From: Alphaproteobacteria bacterium
Lineage (GTDB): Bacteria > Pseudomonadota > Alphaproteobacteria > MPNO01
Direction: 5' to 3'
Assembly (NCBI GenBank): GCA_964291675.2
Contig: OZ219866.1
Location: 608,001-672,000 of the forward strand
DNA length: 64,000 bases
In this document: one piece after another, positions 29,374 to 38,874 of the stretch
Numbering within the stretch: the first letter of the stretch is position 1
Layout: each line of letters starts with the position of its first letter
The notes under the pieces: generated by a model
Database searches by the model: none
What the model was told of the DNA's origin: nothing
Seen by the model: the letters and a program-made list of their open reading frames with translations, nothing else
Made by a program: the position numbers and the translations under genes

Positions 29374-30135
29374 TTGGCGATCCTCTCCGAACGTCAGCTC
29401 CAGCGCTATGCGCGGCACATCGTCCTGCCGGAGGTGGGCGGTGTCGGCCAGACCAGGCTGTTGCAGGGACGCGTGCTGGTGGTCGGCGCCGGCGGGCTCG
29501 GCGCGCCGCTGCTGCTCTATCTCGCCGCCGCCGGCGTCGGCACCATCGGGGTGGTCGACGACGATGCGGTGGACCTCTCCAATCTGCAGCGCCAGGTGAT
29601 CCACGCGACCGAGCGGATCGGCGCGCCCAAGGTCGAGAGCGCCGCCGAGGCCGTCGCCGCCGTCAACCCCGAGATCCGTCTGGTCCCGCACCCTGTGCGT
29701 CTCGACGCCGGCAACGTCGCCGAGCTCATCGCCGGCTACGACGTGATCGCCGACGGCAGCGACAATTTCGAGACCCGGTTCACCCTCAACGACGCCTGCC
29801 ACGAAGCGGGCAAGATCCTGGTCGCGGCCGCCCTGCTGCGCTTCGAGGGCCAGCTCGCGACCTTCAAGTCGGGGCTCGGCGCGTTCCCCTGCTATCGCTG
29901 CCTGTTCCCGGCGCCGCCGCCGCCGGGCATGGTGCCGTCCTGCGCCGAGGGCGGCGTGCTCGGGGCGCTCGCCGGCACGATGGGGTCGCTGCAGGCGACC
30001 GAGATACTCAAGGAGGTGATGGGGATCGGCGAGAGCCTCGCCGGCCATCTGCTGATCTACGACGCGCTGACCACGACGATCCGCAAGATGGCGCTCAAGC
30101 GGAACCCGCGCTGCGCGACCTGCGGCGATGGCTAA
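29374..30135 (+). CDS. moeB: MoeB/ThiF adenylyltransferase
   Basis: RYARHIVL, GAGGLG, SNLQRQ, CYRC, C-terminal CATC; TTG start. Confidence 0.9.
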   Translation: MAILSERQLQRYARHIVLPEVGGVGQTRLLQGRVLVVGAGGLGAPLLLYLAAAGVGTIGVVDDDAVDLSNLQRQVIHATERIGAPKVESAAEAVAAVNPEIRLVPHPVRLDAGNVAELIAGYDVIADGSDNFETRFTLNDACHEAGKILVAAALLRFEGQLATFKSGLGAFPCYRCLFPAPPPPGMVPSCAEGGVLGALAGTMGSLQATEILKEVMGIGESLAGHLLIYDALTTTIRKMALKRNPRCATCGDG

Positions 30136-30511
30136 GCTCTCCATCGTCGTCCACTCCGGCGGCTTCGAGCGGGTGCATTACGCGCTGGTGCTGGCGAGCG
30201 CCGCGGCGGCGATCGACCGCGAGGTGACGCTGTTCTTCACCATGGAGGCCTGCCGCGCGCTGCGGCCGGCGGATGCGCTCGGCGGCTGGGCGGCGCCGGA
30301 GGAGCGCCTGCGCGAGCAGGGGCTGGCGACGCTGGAGGAGCTGCTCGCCGCCGCCGCCGAGCTCGACGTGCGCTTCCTGGTCTGCGAGCTCGGGCTGCGG
30401 GCCGTCGACCTCGCCTTCGACGATTTGCGCGGCGATCTCGGCATCCGCGAGGCGGGCGCGGTCACCTTCCTCAACGACGCCGGACCCGACGCCCAGATGC
30501 TGTTCGTGTAG
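30128..30511 (+). CDS. DsrE/DsrF-like protein
   Basis: LASAAAA, VTLFFTMEA, FLVCELGL, AGAVTFL. Confidence 0.8.
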   Translation: MAKLSIVVHSGGFERVHYALVLASAAAAIDREVTLFFTMEACRALRPADALGGWAAPEERLREQGLATLEELLAAAAELDVRFLVCELGLRAVDLAFDDLRGDLGIREAGAVTFLNDAGPDAQMLFV

Positions 30512-30518
30512 GGCGGCC

Positions 30519-31508
30519 CTACAGCCCGCCGGCGGGGATCACGCGGTCGGGCGGGGTATAGCCGTCGGCATGGGTCCTGATGTTGATCAGCACCCGCTCG
30601 CCCATGGCGATGCGCCCTTCGCGGGTCGCCGAGCCGAGATGCGGGGCGAGCACCACGTTGTCGAGCCGGCGGAGACCCGCCTCGATCTCCGGCTCGCGCT
30701 CATACACGTCGAGCCCGGCGCCGCCGAGCGCGCCTTCGGCGAGGCAGCGGGCGAGCGCGGCCTCGTCGATGATCTCGCCGCGCGAGGTGTTGACGACGAA
30801 GGCATGCGGCTGGAGCGAGCGCAGCCGCGCTTCCGACAGCAGGTGCCGGGTCTCGCCGGTATGCGGGCAGTTGATCGAGATGAAGTCCATATGGGCCAGC
30901 ATCTGGTCGAGGTCTTCCCACCAGGTGGCTTCGAGCTCGGCCTCGACATCGCGATGCACGCGCCGCCGGTTGTGGTAGTGGATCGACATCGAGAAGCCGC
31001 GCGCGCGGCGCGCCACCGCGGTGCCGATGCGGCCCATGCCGACGATGCCGAGGCGCTTGCCCGACACCCGTTCGCCCATCATGAAGGTCGGCGTCCAGCC
31101 GTCCCACTCGCCGGACCGCGCCAGGCGGTCGCCCTCGACCATGCGGCGCGGCGCGCTCAGCATCAGCGCCATGGTGAGGTCGGCGGTGTCCTCGGTGAGA
31201 ACGCCGGGCGTGTTGGTGACCAGGATCCCGCGCGCGGCGGCGGCGGCGAGGTCGATGTGATCGACGCCGACGCCGAAATTGGCGATCAGCCGGAGCCGTT
31301 CCGGGAGCGCGTCGACGACCTCGGCGGTGAGCCGGTCGGTCACCGTCGGCACCAGGACGTCGGTCTCGGCGGATGCCGCGATCAGCGCCTCGGCGGACAT
31401 CGGCTCGTCGGTCGGGTTGAGCCGCGTATCGAAGAGCTCCATGAGACGGGTCTCGATCGCCTGCGGCAGCTTCCGGGTAACCAGGACGGCGGGTTTTCGG
31501 TCGGTCAT
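30519..31508 (-). CDS. D-2-hydroxyacid dehydrogenase (glyoxylate reductase-like)
   Basis: VTNTPGVLT, GIVGMGRIG, NTSRG, LDVYEREP, PHLGSAT. Confidence 0.93.
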   Translation of the reverse strand: MTDRKPAVLVTRKLPQAIETRLMELFDTRLNPTDEPMSAEALIAASAETDVLVPTVTDRLTAEVVDALPERLRLIANFGVGVDHIDLAAAAARGILVTNTPGVLTEDTADLTMALMLSAPRRMVEGDRLARSGEWDGWTPTFMMGERVSGKRLGIVGMGRIGTAVARRARGFSMSIHYHNRRRVHRDVEAELEATWWEDLDQMLAHMDFISINCPHTGETRHLLSEARLRSLQPHAFVVNTSRGEIIDEAALARCLAEGALGGAGLDVYEREPEIEAGLRRLDNVVLAPHLGSATREGRIAMGERVLINIRTHADGYTPPDRVIPAGGL

Positions 31509-31627
31509 CTGTCCGGTCGTCGGCTTTGGGCTTCAACGCCCTTACCAACCCGGCGAGGGGATGTCCAGAGCGGGCATGCGGATCGGCTATACTGACGCCG
31601 GAGATGCATCGAAGTCCGGGGACCCGC

Positions 31628-32119
31628 ATGCGTCTTTGGTTGATCGCCGCCACCCTCTTCCTGGCCGGATCGAGCGGCCCGGCCGCCGCCGAAGTCGAGC
31701 CCGGAGTGGCGGAGAGCGCCGAGAACGCCCGCTTCGTGTCGCTGCGCGCGTCGAGAGCCAATGTCCGGTTCGGGCCGGGGCGGCGCTACCCCATCGCCTG
31801 GGTGTTCGTGCGCCGCGGCGTGCCGGTGCTGATCGTCGGCCGGTTCCAGACCTGGCGCCGCATCCGGGACTGGGAGGGAAGCGAGGGCTGGATCCATCAA
31901 TCGCTGCTGTCGACCAAGCGCAGCGTGATCGTCCGCGACGGGCCGGCGCGGCTGCACCGCCGGCCGGACTCCAGGGCGCCCCTGATCGCCCGGGTCGAGC
32001 GCCGCGCCGTGGGGCGGCTGCGCGAGTGCGACGGCGCCTGGTGCGCGGTCGAGTTCGCGGGCCGCAACGGCTGGATCCGCAAGGTGGCGGTCTGGGGGGT
32101 CGGCCCGGCGGACGGCTGA
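31628..32119 (+). CDS. Exported tandem bacterial SH3-domain protein
   Basis: RFVSL..ANVRFGPG.RYPI.W, WRRIRD.EG.EGWIHQSLL, C..AWC. Confidence 0.88.
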   Translation: MRLWLIAATLFLAGSSGPAAAEVEPGVAESAENARFVSLRASRANVRFGPGRRYPIAWVFVRRGVPVLIVGRFQTWRRIRDWEGSEGWIHQSLLSTKRSVIVRDGPARLHRRPDSRAPLIARVERRAVGRLRECDGAWCAVEFAGRNGWIRKVAVWGVGPADG

Positions 32120-32139
32120 ACCGGCGGGGCGCGGAGCGG

Positions 32140-33000
32140 TCAGGCCGGCACCGCGTGTTCCGACATGTCCCACCACACGCAGCCCATGCCGCAGCGCAGC
32201 TCGACCGCCGGCTCGTAGCAGATCGTCCGCGCCTTGCGCCCGCCGGCGGCGCCCATGGCGACCATCCAGGAGAGCAGCTCGGTGGTGCCGCCGTCGCCCG
32301 CCCGGGCCATCTTCTCCAGCGTCGTCTCGGCCACCACCCTGTCGGGGTCGCCCGCTTCGAGAAGCGCGAGGAAGCCCCGGTCGAACGCCTCGTCGACCTG
32401 GAAATACCGTGGGCCCCCGGGGTCGTGGCTGAGCCCGCCCGTGCCCATGATCGCGACCCGCTCGCCTTCGGGTCGGCAGAGGCGGACGATGTCGGCGAGC
32501 TCCCGGCCGAGGCGGCAGCATTCCTCCGGGCTCGGCAAGGGCGGCACGATGCAGTTCATGTGGATGGGCACCAGCGGGATGTCGTAGTCCGGCGTCAGAT
32601 AGAGCAGCGGCACCGACCAGTTGTCGTCGAACAGCAGCCGGTCCGACCAGGCGAGCCGAAGCCCGCGCCTGTCGCCCTCGCGGACCAGCGTGCGGGCGAG
32701 CTCGGGATGGCCGGCGACCTCGTAGTCGGGGACGTTGAGCCAGTCGGAGAACCACTCCGCCGGGCCGCTCCAGCGCGCGGCCGTGCCGACGCAGAAATCG
32801 GCGGCCGAGTCGAGCGGCAGGTTGAGGAGATGGTCGTTGGCGATGCCGACGATGGCGTCCGGCCGGGTCTCGCGCAGCATCCTGCCGAGCCCGTGGAACC
32901 CCCGGGTCAGGCTCTCCTGCTCCTCCGGGCTCGCCCGGTCGAGCCAGCCGGTCAGCCCCGGCGCGTGCGACAGCGCGAGAACGGCAACGATTTCAGCCAT
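32140..33000 (-). CDS. LigB-type (class III) extradiol dioxygenase family protein
   Basis: SHAPG, NDH, VPIHMN, GTGGLSHDPG, ELLSW. Confidence 0.85.
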   Translation of the reverse strand: MAEIVAVLALSHAPGLTGWLDRASPEEQESLTRGFHGLGRMLRETRPDAIVGIANDHLLNLPLDSAADFCVGTAARWSGPAEWFSDWLNVPDYEVAGHPELARTLVREGDRRGLRLAWSDRLLFDDNWSVPLLYLTPDYDIPLVPIHMNCIVPPLPSPEECCRLGRELADIVRLCRPEGERVAIMGTGGLSHDPGGPRYFQVDEAFDRGFLALLEAGDPDRVVAETTLEKMARAGDGGTTELLSWMVAMGAAGGRKARTICYEPAVELRCGMGCVWWDMSEHAVPA

Positions 33001-33236
33001 GGCGTCTCCCTCCGGGTCGAGCTTAGGGCATAACCGGGCGGGTTTGAACCATCGCGGCAAGGGCTCCCGAACGGCGGTGGCTCAGCTTGGAGTCCGGACG
33101 GCGACAAAACGATATGCAGGAGAGAGCCTCTATGTCTTCTGAGACGGCAGTCACCCGACAGTTCGGGCCGCCGGCGCGCAACAGCGTCGTTCTTGCCGGC
33201 GCTCACAGGCGGTCTTGAGCACCCGCGCAACGATCG

Positions 33237-33647
33237 TCAAAACACGAAGGAATAGGCCCCACTCCGCTCGAGACTCAGGTCGCCGCTCTGGAGAACATCC
33301 CGGCCGAGTACCGCGTCGAATTCACCGTCGATGCCATGAATGCTCGGTGCGTCAATGCTCTTGGGGCCGCTCCACTCTTGCGCCCCATCGTCGAACACTG
33401 CCACCCGCAGCTCGTAAAGGCTCGTGGTGTACAGGCCGGCCGCGGTGTTCATCTTGAAGCCTTCTCGCGCGGGAGCGATCGTCAGCGCATCGACGACGGC
33501 GCCGGTGATGCACGTTCTGCGCGCCCCGGTGTCGACGAGCGCCATGCAGCTATGGACCCTGCCGACTCCGAACCGAATTCCGCGCGGAAGAAAGCCCACC
33601 CTGAGCAGCAACCCACGGTTCCAGCTAGACCTTCCTTCAAGACGCAT
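33237..33647 (-). CDS. Retropepsin-like (clan AA) aspartic protease
   Basis: ALVDTGARRTCI and AVLGRDVL; 136-aa single lobe; TGATG coupling to the upstream gene. Confidence 0.85.
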   Translation of the reverse strand: MRLEGRSSWNRGLLLRVGFLPRGIRFGVGRVHSCMALVDTGARRTCITGAVVDALTIAPAREGFKMNTAAGLYTTSLYELRVAVFDDGAQEWSGPKSIDAPSIHGIDGEFDAVLGRDVLQSGDLSLERSGAYSFVF

Positions 33648-33907
33648 CAGGGAAGGGGGCCCACATAGGCGGTTTCGTCAGTGACTTCCTGGATCGACCA
33701 GATCCCGTCGGCATACCTGGCTTCCGCCGCGGCCCGTGCTTGCGACCGCGTGTCGAAATAGTCGACGATCTGCTCGTCGCGCATGAGTGCGATCTTGCCG
33801 CGCTTCTGCTTGAGGATCCCGGGCAGCAGATTCTGGAAGGCTTCGAAATTCTGACGAACCTCCTCGTTGACCCGCCTCTCCCAATCCTGGTCTCTCCGTT
33901 GTTCCAT
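33647..33907 (-). CDS. Small hypothetical protein, DUF5678-like
   Basis: NFEAFQNLLPGIL..RGKIALMRDEQIVDYFDT...WSIQEV; GGAGGG RBS. Confidence 0.7.
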   Translation of the reverse strand: MEQRRDQDWERRVNEEVRQNFEAFQNLLPGILKQKRGKIALMRDEQIVDYFDTRSQARAAAEARYADGIWSIQEVTDETAYVGPLP

Positions 33908-34294
33908 GGCCGAAGCCCTCCCGGTGTCGGTCGCGCCGACGATAGACGACGTACCTGCAAGTACCTGCACCAGAATATTCGGGAAGCCCCTCATCGGGGC
34001 AAACCCCCCCAACTCCATCAACAGTCCCGAGGGTGGGATTTGCCTTGCCGATCAGGACGCAAGACCGCTCTTCCCCGCAACCAGAACTTGTTTTCCAGAC
34101 CAAGCAACCCTCCGTCGGGTCGCAGGATGGCTGGGGGCGAGCCCGGGCGCTCGAAGATACGGCGTTCCTGACGCGCGTCAGGCCGGCGCGGATCTGAGCG
34201 CAATAGCAGGCGGTCGCCATGCTCGCCTCCCGACTTGCCATCTTGGCAATCGTCTCGCCGATGCTCTAACCTCAAAGAAACGGGAGGAGCTGCA

Positions 34295-35359
34295 ATGCAT
34301 AGCGCAATTCGATGGCTCGCGGCGCCGTTCGCCGTGGCCGCCGCACTGGCCGCCGGACCGGCGACCGCCAAGACGTTCAACCTGACCTTCGCCGCGCCGC
34401 AGGGCGAGCATATGACCTGGATCGCCTTGACCCGCACCGTGTTCATCGCCGGGGTGGACAAGCGGCTCGAGGGAACCGAGCACAAGATCAACTGGACCAC
34501 GGCCTATGGCGGCACGCTGTCGAAGGTGGGCGGCACGCTGGAAGTGATCGAGGAAGGCATCGCCGATGCCGGCATGCTCTATTCGCTGTTCGAGCAGGCC
34601 AAGCTGCCGCTGCAGAACGTCGCCTATATGGCGCCCTTCGGCTCCGACGACCTCGGCCTTGCGCTGCGCATCTTCCAGGAGCTGCACGACGAGCTGCCGG
34701 AGATGTCGGGGTCGTGGGAGAAGCACGGCCAAGTCTTCATCGCGCCGATCGGGTTCGACACGTTCTATCCGCTGACCAAGTTTCCGATCAAATCGCTCAA
34801 GGACCTCAAGGGCCGCAAGCTGGCGGGCGCCGGGGCGGTGTCGCTCTGGGAGGCGCCGATCGGCATCGTGCCCGTGCAGGGAAACTTCGCGGTCCATTTC
34901 AACAATCTCAAGACCGGGGTCTATGACGGGCTGATCGCCTTCACCACCGGCTACTACCCGAACAAGCTGCACGAGATCGCGCGCTACGCCACCAAGGTGA
35001 ATTTCGGCGCCATGCCGGGCGGCGGGGTGACCGTCAACAAGTCGGTCTGGGGCAAGCTGCCGGATGCGGTCAGGAAGGCGGTGCGCGAAGCGGGGGTCGA
35101 TTACCGCAACGCCCAGAACGAGAAGATGACCAAGCTGGTCGACACCTTTGAGGCCAAGATGAAGGCCGAGGGCGTGGTATTCTCGCAGCTGCCGCTCGAC
35201 CAGAAGCTCGCCTGGGCCAAGGCGATGCCCAACATCGCCAAGGAGTGGGCGGCCCGCGTCGAGGCCAAGGGCTTCGCCGGCAACAAGGTGCTCAAGGCCT
35301 ATATGGACAAGCTCCGCGCCAACAAGGTCCCGCTGGTGCGCGAGTGGGACAAGGAATAG
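34295..35359 (+). CDS. dctP: TRAP solute-binding protein
   Basis: Signal peptide, YGGTL, DLKGRKL, LKTGVYDG; followed by dctQM. Confidence 0.88.
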   Translation: MHSAIRWLAAPFAVAAALAAGPATAKTFNLTFAAPQGEHMTWIALTRTVFIAGVDKRLEGTEHKINWTTAYGGTLSKVGGTLEVIEEGIADAGMLYSLFEQAKLPLQNVAYMAPFGSDDLGLALRIFQELHDELPEMSGSWEKHGQVFIAPIGFDTFYPLTKFPIKSLKDLKGRKLAGAGAVSLWEAPIGIVPVQGNFAVHFNNLKTGVYDGLIAFTTGYYPNKLHEIARYATKVNFGAMPGGGVTVNKSVWGKLPDAVRKAVREAGVDYRNAQNEKMTKLVDTFEAKMKAEGVVFSQLPLDQKLAWAKAMPNIAKEWAARVEAKGFAGNKVLKAYMDKLRANKVPLVREWDKE

Positions 35360-35395
35360 GCTCCCGGGGCCGCGCGTGAAGCCGGCGGCCCCGCC

Positions 35396-35986
35396 ATGAC
35401 CGATCGGGCGACCCCGCCGGACGGACCCGGCTGGCGCCGCTTGCTCACCTTCGAGGCGGCGGTCTCGGCGCTCAACTCGCTGGGCAGCCTGTGGATCGCC
35501 GTCCTCATGGTGGTCATCATCGTCGACATCGTGGGGCGCACCGTGCTCTCGATGCCGCTGCGCGGCGTGCCCGAGCTGGTGAAGCTCTCGATCGTCGCCA
35601 TCGTGTTCATCCAGCTCGGCCACACGCTCAGGTCGGGCCGGATGACGCGCTCGGACGGGCTGTTGCGCATCTTCCGCGCCCGGCTGCCGCGGCTCTCGCA
35701 TGCGATGACGCTGCTCTTCAACCTGGTCGGCGCCGGGCTGTTCGTCCTGATCTTCGATGCGAGCTACCCGTTCTTCGTGGAAGCCTGGGTTACCGGCGAG
35801 TACGCCGGCATCCAGGGCTATGTCAGCTACCCGGTGTGGCCGGTGCGGCTGATCATCCTGATCGGCTGCGCGGTGGCGGCGGTCCAGTACGGCCTGTTCG
35901 CCTGGCGCGACGCCTCGGTGGTGGCCGGCCGGCTCCAACCCGCCGATCCGGCCGACCGCCAGCGGCTCGCGGAGATGCTGAAATGA
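35396..35986 (+). CDS. dctQ: TRAP small permease
   Basis: Four TM segments; DIVGR..PLRGVPEL. Confidence 0.88.
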   Translation: MTDRATPPDGPGWRRLLTFEAAVSALNSLGSLWIAVLMVVIIVDIVGRTVLSMPLRGVPELVKLSIVAIVFIQLGHTLRSGRMTRSDGLLRIFRARLPRLSHAMTLLFNLVGAGLFVLIFDASYPFFVEAWVTGEYAGIQGYVSYPVWPVRLIILIGCAVAAVQYGLFAWRDASVVAGRLQPADPADRQRLAEMLK

Positions 35987-37299
35987 GCGGCGTCGAGATC
36001 GGGCTGGTCTCGATCTGCGCGATCCTGCTGCTGATCTATCTCGGCATGCATGTCGCGGTCACGCTCTGCGTCGTCTCGCTGATCGGGGTGTGGGCGGTCA
36101 AGGGCAATGTCACGCTGGCGACCAAGCTCCTGGCCATCGCCGCCTACGACACCGTGGCGGGCTACGTGTTCGGCGTCGTCCCGCTGTTCGTCCTCATGGG
36201 GCTGCTGGTCAGCGTCTCCGATCTCGGCAAGGACGCCTATGTGGTCGCCAACATATTGATGCGGCGGGTGCGCGGCGGGCTCGGCATCGCCACCGTGGCC
36301 GCCAACGCCGTGTTCGCCGCGGTGACCGGTATCTCGGTCGCCTCGGCGGCGGTGTTCACCAAGCTCGCGGTGCCGGAGATGATCTCGCTCGGCTACCGGC
36401 CGCGCTTCGCCGTCGGCGTGGTCGCCGGCTCGTCGGTGCTCGGCATGCTGATCCCGCCCAGCCTGCTGCTGATCGTCTACGCCCTGCTGGCCGAGCAATC
36501 GATCGGCGACCTGTTCATCGCCGGCATCGTGCCCGGCATCCTGCTGTCGCTCGCCTTCGCGATCGCCATTCTCGGCATGGCGACGTTCCTGCCGAGGACG
36601 GTCATGCGCGAGGAAGCGGGCGAAGCCGCTTCCGGCGAGCCCGTGGAGTCCCTGGCGGCGGCGATCTTCCGCCTGTGGCCGCTGCCGGTGCTGGTCTTCG
36701 CGGTGATCGGCGGGATCTATCTCGGCTGGTTCACCCCTACCGAATCCGGCGCGGTCGGCGCGCTGGGCGCGCTGATCCTCGCGTTCGCGCGGCGCAAGCT
36801 CACCTGGGCCAATGTGTGGCAGGTCCTCGTCGAGACCGGCCACGTCACGGTCTCGATCCTGATGCTGATCATCGCCGCCAACATCTACACCAGGCTGCTG
36901 GCGCTGTCGGGCGTGCCGGTGTTCATCAACGACTTCGTCACCGGGCTCGAATTCGGCTTCTTCACGCTGCTGATCTTCTACGCCGTGATCATCGTCGTCA
37001 TGGGGACCATCCTCGACGGCATCTCGATCATGCTGATCATGATCCCGATCTTCCTGCCGCTGCTGGAGGGCTACAGCGTCGACCTGGTCTGGTTCGGGAT
37101 CGTCACCGTGATCGCGGTCGAGATCGGCCTGCTCACCCCGCCGCTCGGCCTGTCGGCCTATGTGATCAAGAGCACGCTGGACACCGACGAGATATCGCTC
37201 GCCGACATCTTCATCGGCGCCGCGCCGTTCGCGGTCGTCATGTTCGTCGTGCTGCTGCTGATCATCTTCTTCCCGTGGCTGGTGACCGGCTACGGCTGA
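35983..37299 (+). CDS. dctM: TRAP large permease
   Basis: VPLFVLMG, LGMLIPPS, FTPTESG, EIGLLTPPLG. Confidence 0.93.
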   Translation: MSGVEIGLVSICAILLLIYLGMHVAVTLCVVSLIGVWAVKGNVTLATKLLAIAAYDTVAGYVFGVVPLFVLMGLLVSVSDLGKDAYVVANILMRRVRGGLGIATVAANAVFAAVTGISVASAAVFTKLAVPEMISLGYRPRFAVGVVAGSSVLGMLIPPSLLLIVYALLAEQSIGDLFIAGIVPGILLSLAFAIAILGMATFLPRTVMREEAGEAASGEPVESLAAAIFRLWPLPVLVFAVIGGIYLGWFTPTESGAVGALGALILAFARRKLTWANVWQVLVETGHVTVSILMLIIAANIYTRLLALSGVPVFINDFVTGLEFGFFTLLIFYAVIIVVMGTILDGISIMLIMIPIFLPLLEGYSVDLVWFGIVTVIAVEIGLLTPPLGLSAYVIKSTLDTDEISLADIFIGAAPFAVVMFVVLLLIIFFPWLVTGYG

Positions 37300-37333
37300 C
37301 GAGCCTCACGCAAACGGACAGGAGGCCTGACCC

Positions 37334-38113
37334 ATGAGCTATCGCGTCACACCGCTCCTGCTGGGCGATGCCGTGGTGCCGGACGTGCTCGACGTGTTCT
37401 GGAGCCTGACCAAGTCGCGCGGCGCCTCGTCGGTGCCGATCCTCGCCTTCCTGATCGAGGGGACGCCGGACGGCCCGCTCCTGATCGACACCGGCATGCG
37501 CGACGCCGAGCGGGCGCAGGAGGTGCACGGGCTCGGCCCGCACAACGTGCCCGACGACCAGACAATCCCGGCGCAGCTCGCCAGGCACGGCTACGCGCCG
37601 GAGGACATCGGATATGTCCACCTGACCCACCTCCACTACGACCACGCCGGGGGCTGCAACCTGCTGCCCAACGCGCGCTTCGTGATGCAGCGCACCGAGC
37701 TGATGGCGGCGGCCGCGCCGATGGGTCCCGAGCAGCTCGACATCGGCGGCAAGGGCCTGTTCTTCGACCGCGCGGACGTAGCCGACCTCGTCGACCCGCT
37801 ATGGAGCCGGGTCGACCTGATGGAGGGAGATTACGAGCCCTGTCCCGGGATCCGCTGCGTGCTGTACGCCAACTCGCACACGCCGGGCCATCAGGCGATC
37901 TATGTCGAGACCGCGGACGGCACCGTCGCGATCATCGGCGACATCGCGCGCAAGCTCGATCTCAACATCGAGCAGGAGATCCTGCCCGGCATCTACTACG
38001 ACCTCGATTCGATGCGCCGGGCGCTGATCGACATCAAGTCGCGCGCCGACGTGATCCTGCCGACGCATGACTGGAACGTGCTGCCGGGCGGCAAGCCGGA
38101 CGGGGTGGACTGA
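37334..38113 (+). CDS. N-acyl homoserine lactonase-family metallo-beta-lactamase fold protein
   Basis: LIDTG, THLHYDHAG, HTPGHQ, GD, PTHD. Confidence 0.85.
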   Translation: MSYRVTPLLLGDAVVPDVLDVFWSLTKSRGASSVPILAFLIEGTPDGPLLIDTGMRDAERAQEVHGLGPHNVPDDQTIPAQLARHGYAPEDIGYVHLTHLHYDHAGGCNLLPNARFVMQRTELMAAAAPMGPEQLDIGGKGLFFDRADVADLVDPLWSRVDLMEGDYEPCPGIRCVLYANSHTPGHQAIYVETADGTVAIIGDIARKLDLNIEQEILPGIYYDLDSMRRALIDIKSRADVILPTHDWNVLPGGKPDGVD

Positions 38114-38206
38114 GGCGGGCCATGACGCGGGGGGAGTCGCCGACGCCCCCTCCCGTCAGGCCCGGGCTTGTTCGGGGCACCCATGCGCGGCGCCGGGCGC
38201 GGCCCG

Positions 38207-38251
38207 CCCTCATCCTGAGTAGCCCGCCGCAGGCGGGCGTATCGAAGGACG
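38207..38251 (+). repeat. Family X repeat between convergent genes
   Basis: CCCTCATCCTGAGTAGCCCGCCGCAGGCGGGCGTATCGAAGGACG. Confidence 0.82.
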
Positions 38252-38258
38252 GCGTGGA

Positions 38259-38855
38259 CTACCGCGTGTCGGGCGACCAGCCGGGGCCGGCGAGCTCGGT
38301 CGGCAGGTCGCCGGTGTAGCTCTCTGCGTTCTCCACCTGCTCGACCCAGTCGAGCCCCATCGCCTTAAAAATCCGGTTGGTCATGACGATCAGCCGGGCC
38401 CCGTTGTCGGGATCGGTGTTGACGTGCTGCTTGATGCAGTAGGCGGGGATGAAGACGAAATCGCCCCTGGTCCACTCGAACTTCCGGGGCTCCTCGGCCC
38501 AGCTCCATTCGAACTCGACATCGACCTCGAACCGGACGTCCCAGTGGAGGTCGTATCCCGAGCCCTCGGCGACATAGACGATCTGCTCGGCGAGCTTGCG
38601 CGACCTGCCCGACTTCCCGCCGGGCTCGAGGAACTGCATGTAGATGTCGAGGCAGCACTCGGTGGTGTTGAGCTTCTCGTGCACCATGTGCTTCAAGAGG
38701 CCGTCGGGCGAGTTCTCGAACGGCATGTCCCTGGCCTTGACCACGGTCAGCCGCTGGCGGTAGTCGCTGCGGAACTCGGCCGATTCGCCCAGCCACTCGG
38801 CGTAGATGTCGGCCGTCCGGTCGCCCTCTCTCGCGATGTCCTTCTCGTCCGCCAC
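38259..38855 (-). CDS. Cupin domain protein (metal ligands partly lost)
   Basis: LEPGGKSGRSRKLAEQIVYVAEGSGYDLH, WTRGDFVFIP, QHVN. Confidence 0.8.
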   Translation of the reverse strand: MADEKDIAREGDRTADIYAEWLGESAEFRSDYRQRLTVVKARDMPFENSPDGLLKHMVHEKLNTTECCLDIYMQFLEPGGKSGRSRKLAEQIVYVAEGSGYDLHWDVRFEVDVEFEWSWAEEPRKFEWTRGDFVFIPAYCIKQHVNTDPDNGARLIVMTNRIFKAMGLDWVEQVENAESYTGDLPTELAGPGWSPDTR

Positions 38856-38874
38856 TCGGGTCGCTCCTCTTCGG

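Noticed and set aside
37334-38113. Quorum-quenching function
   Set aside because: The family motif alone does not fix the substrate; context after a TRAP operon suggests catabolism.
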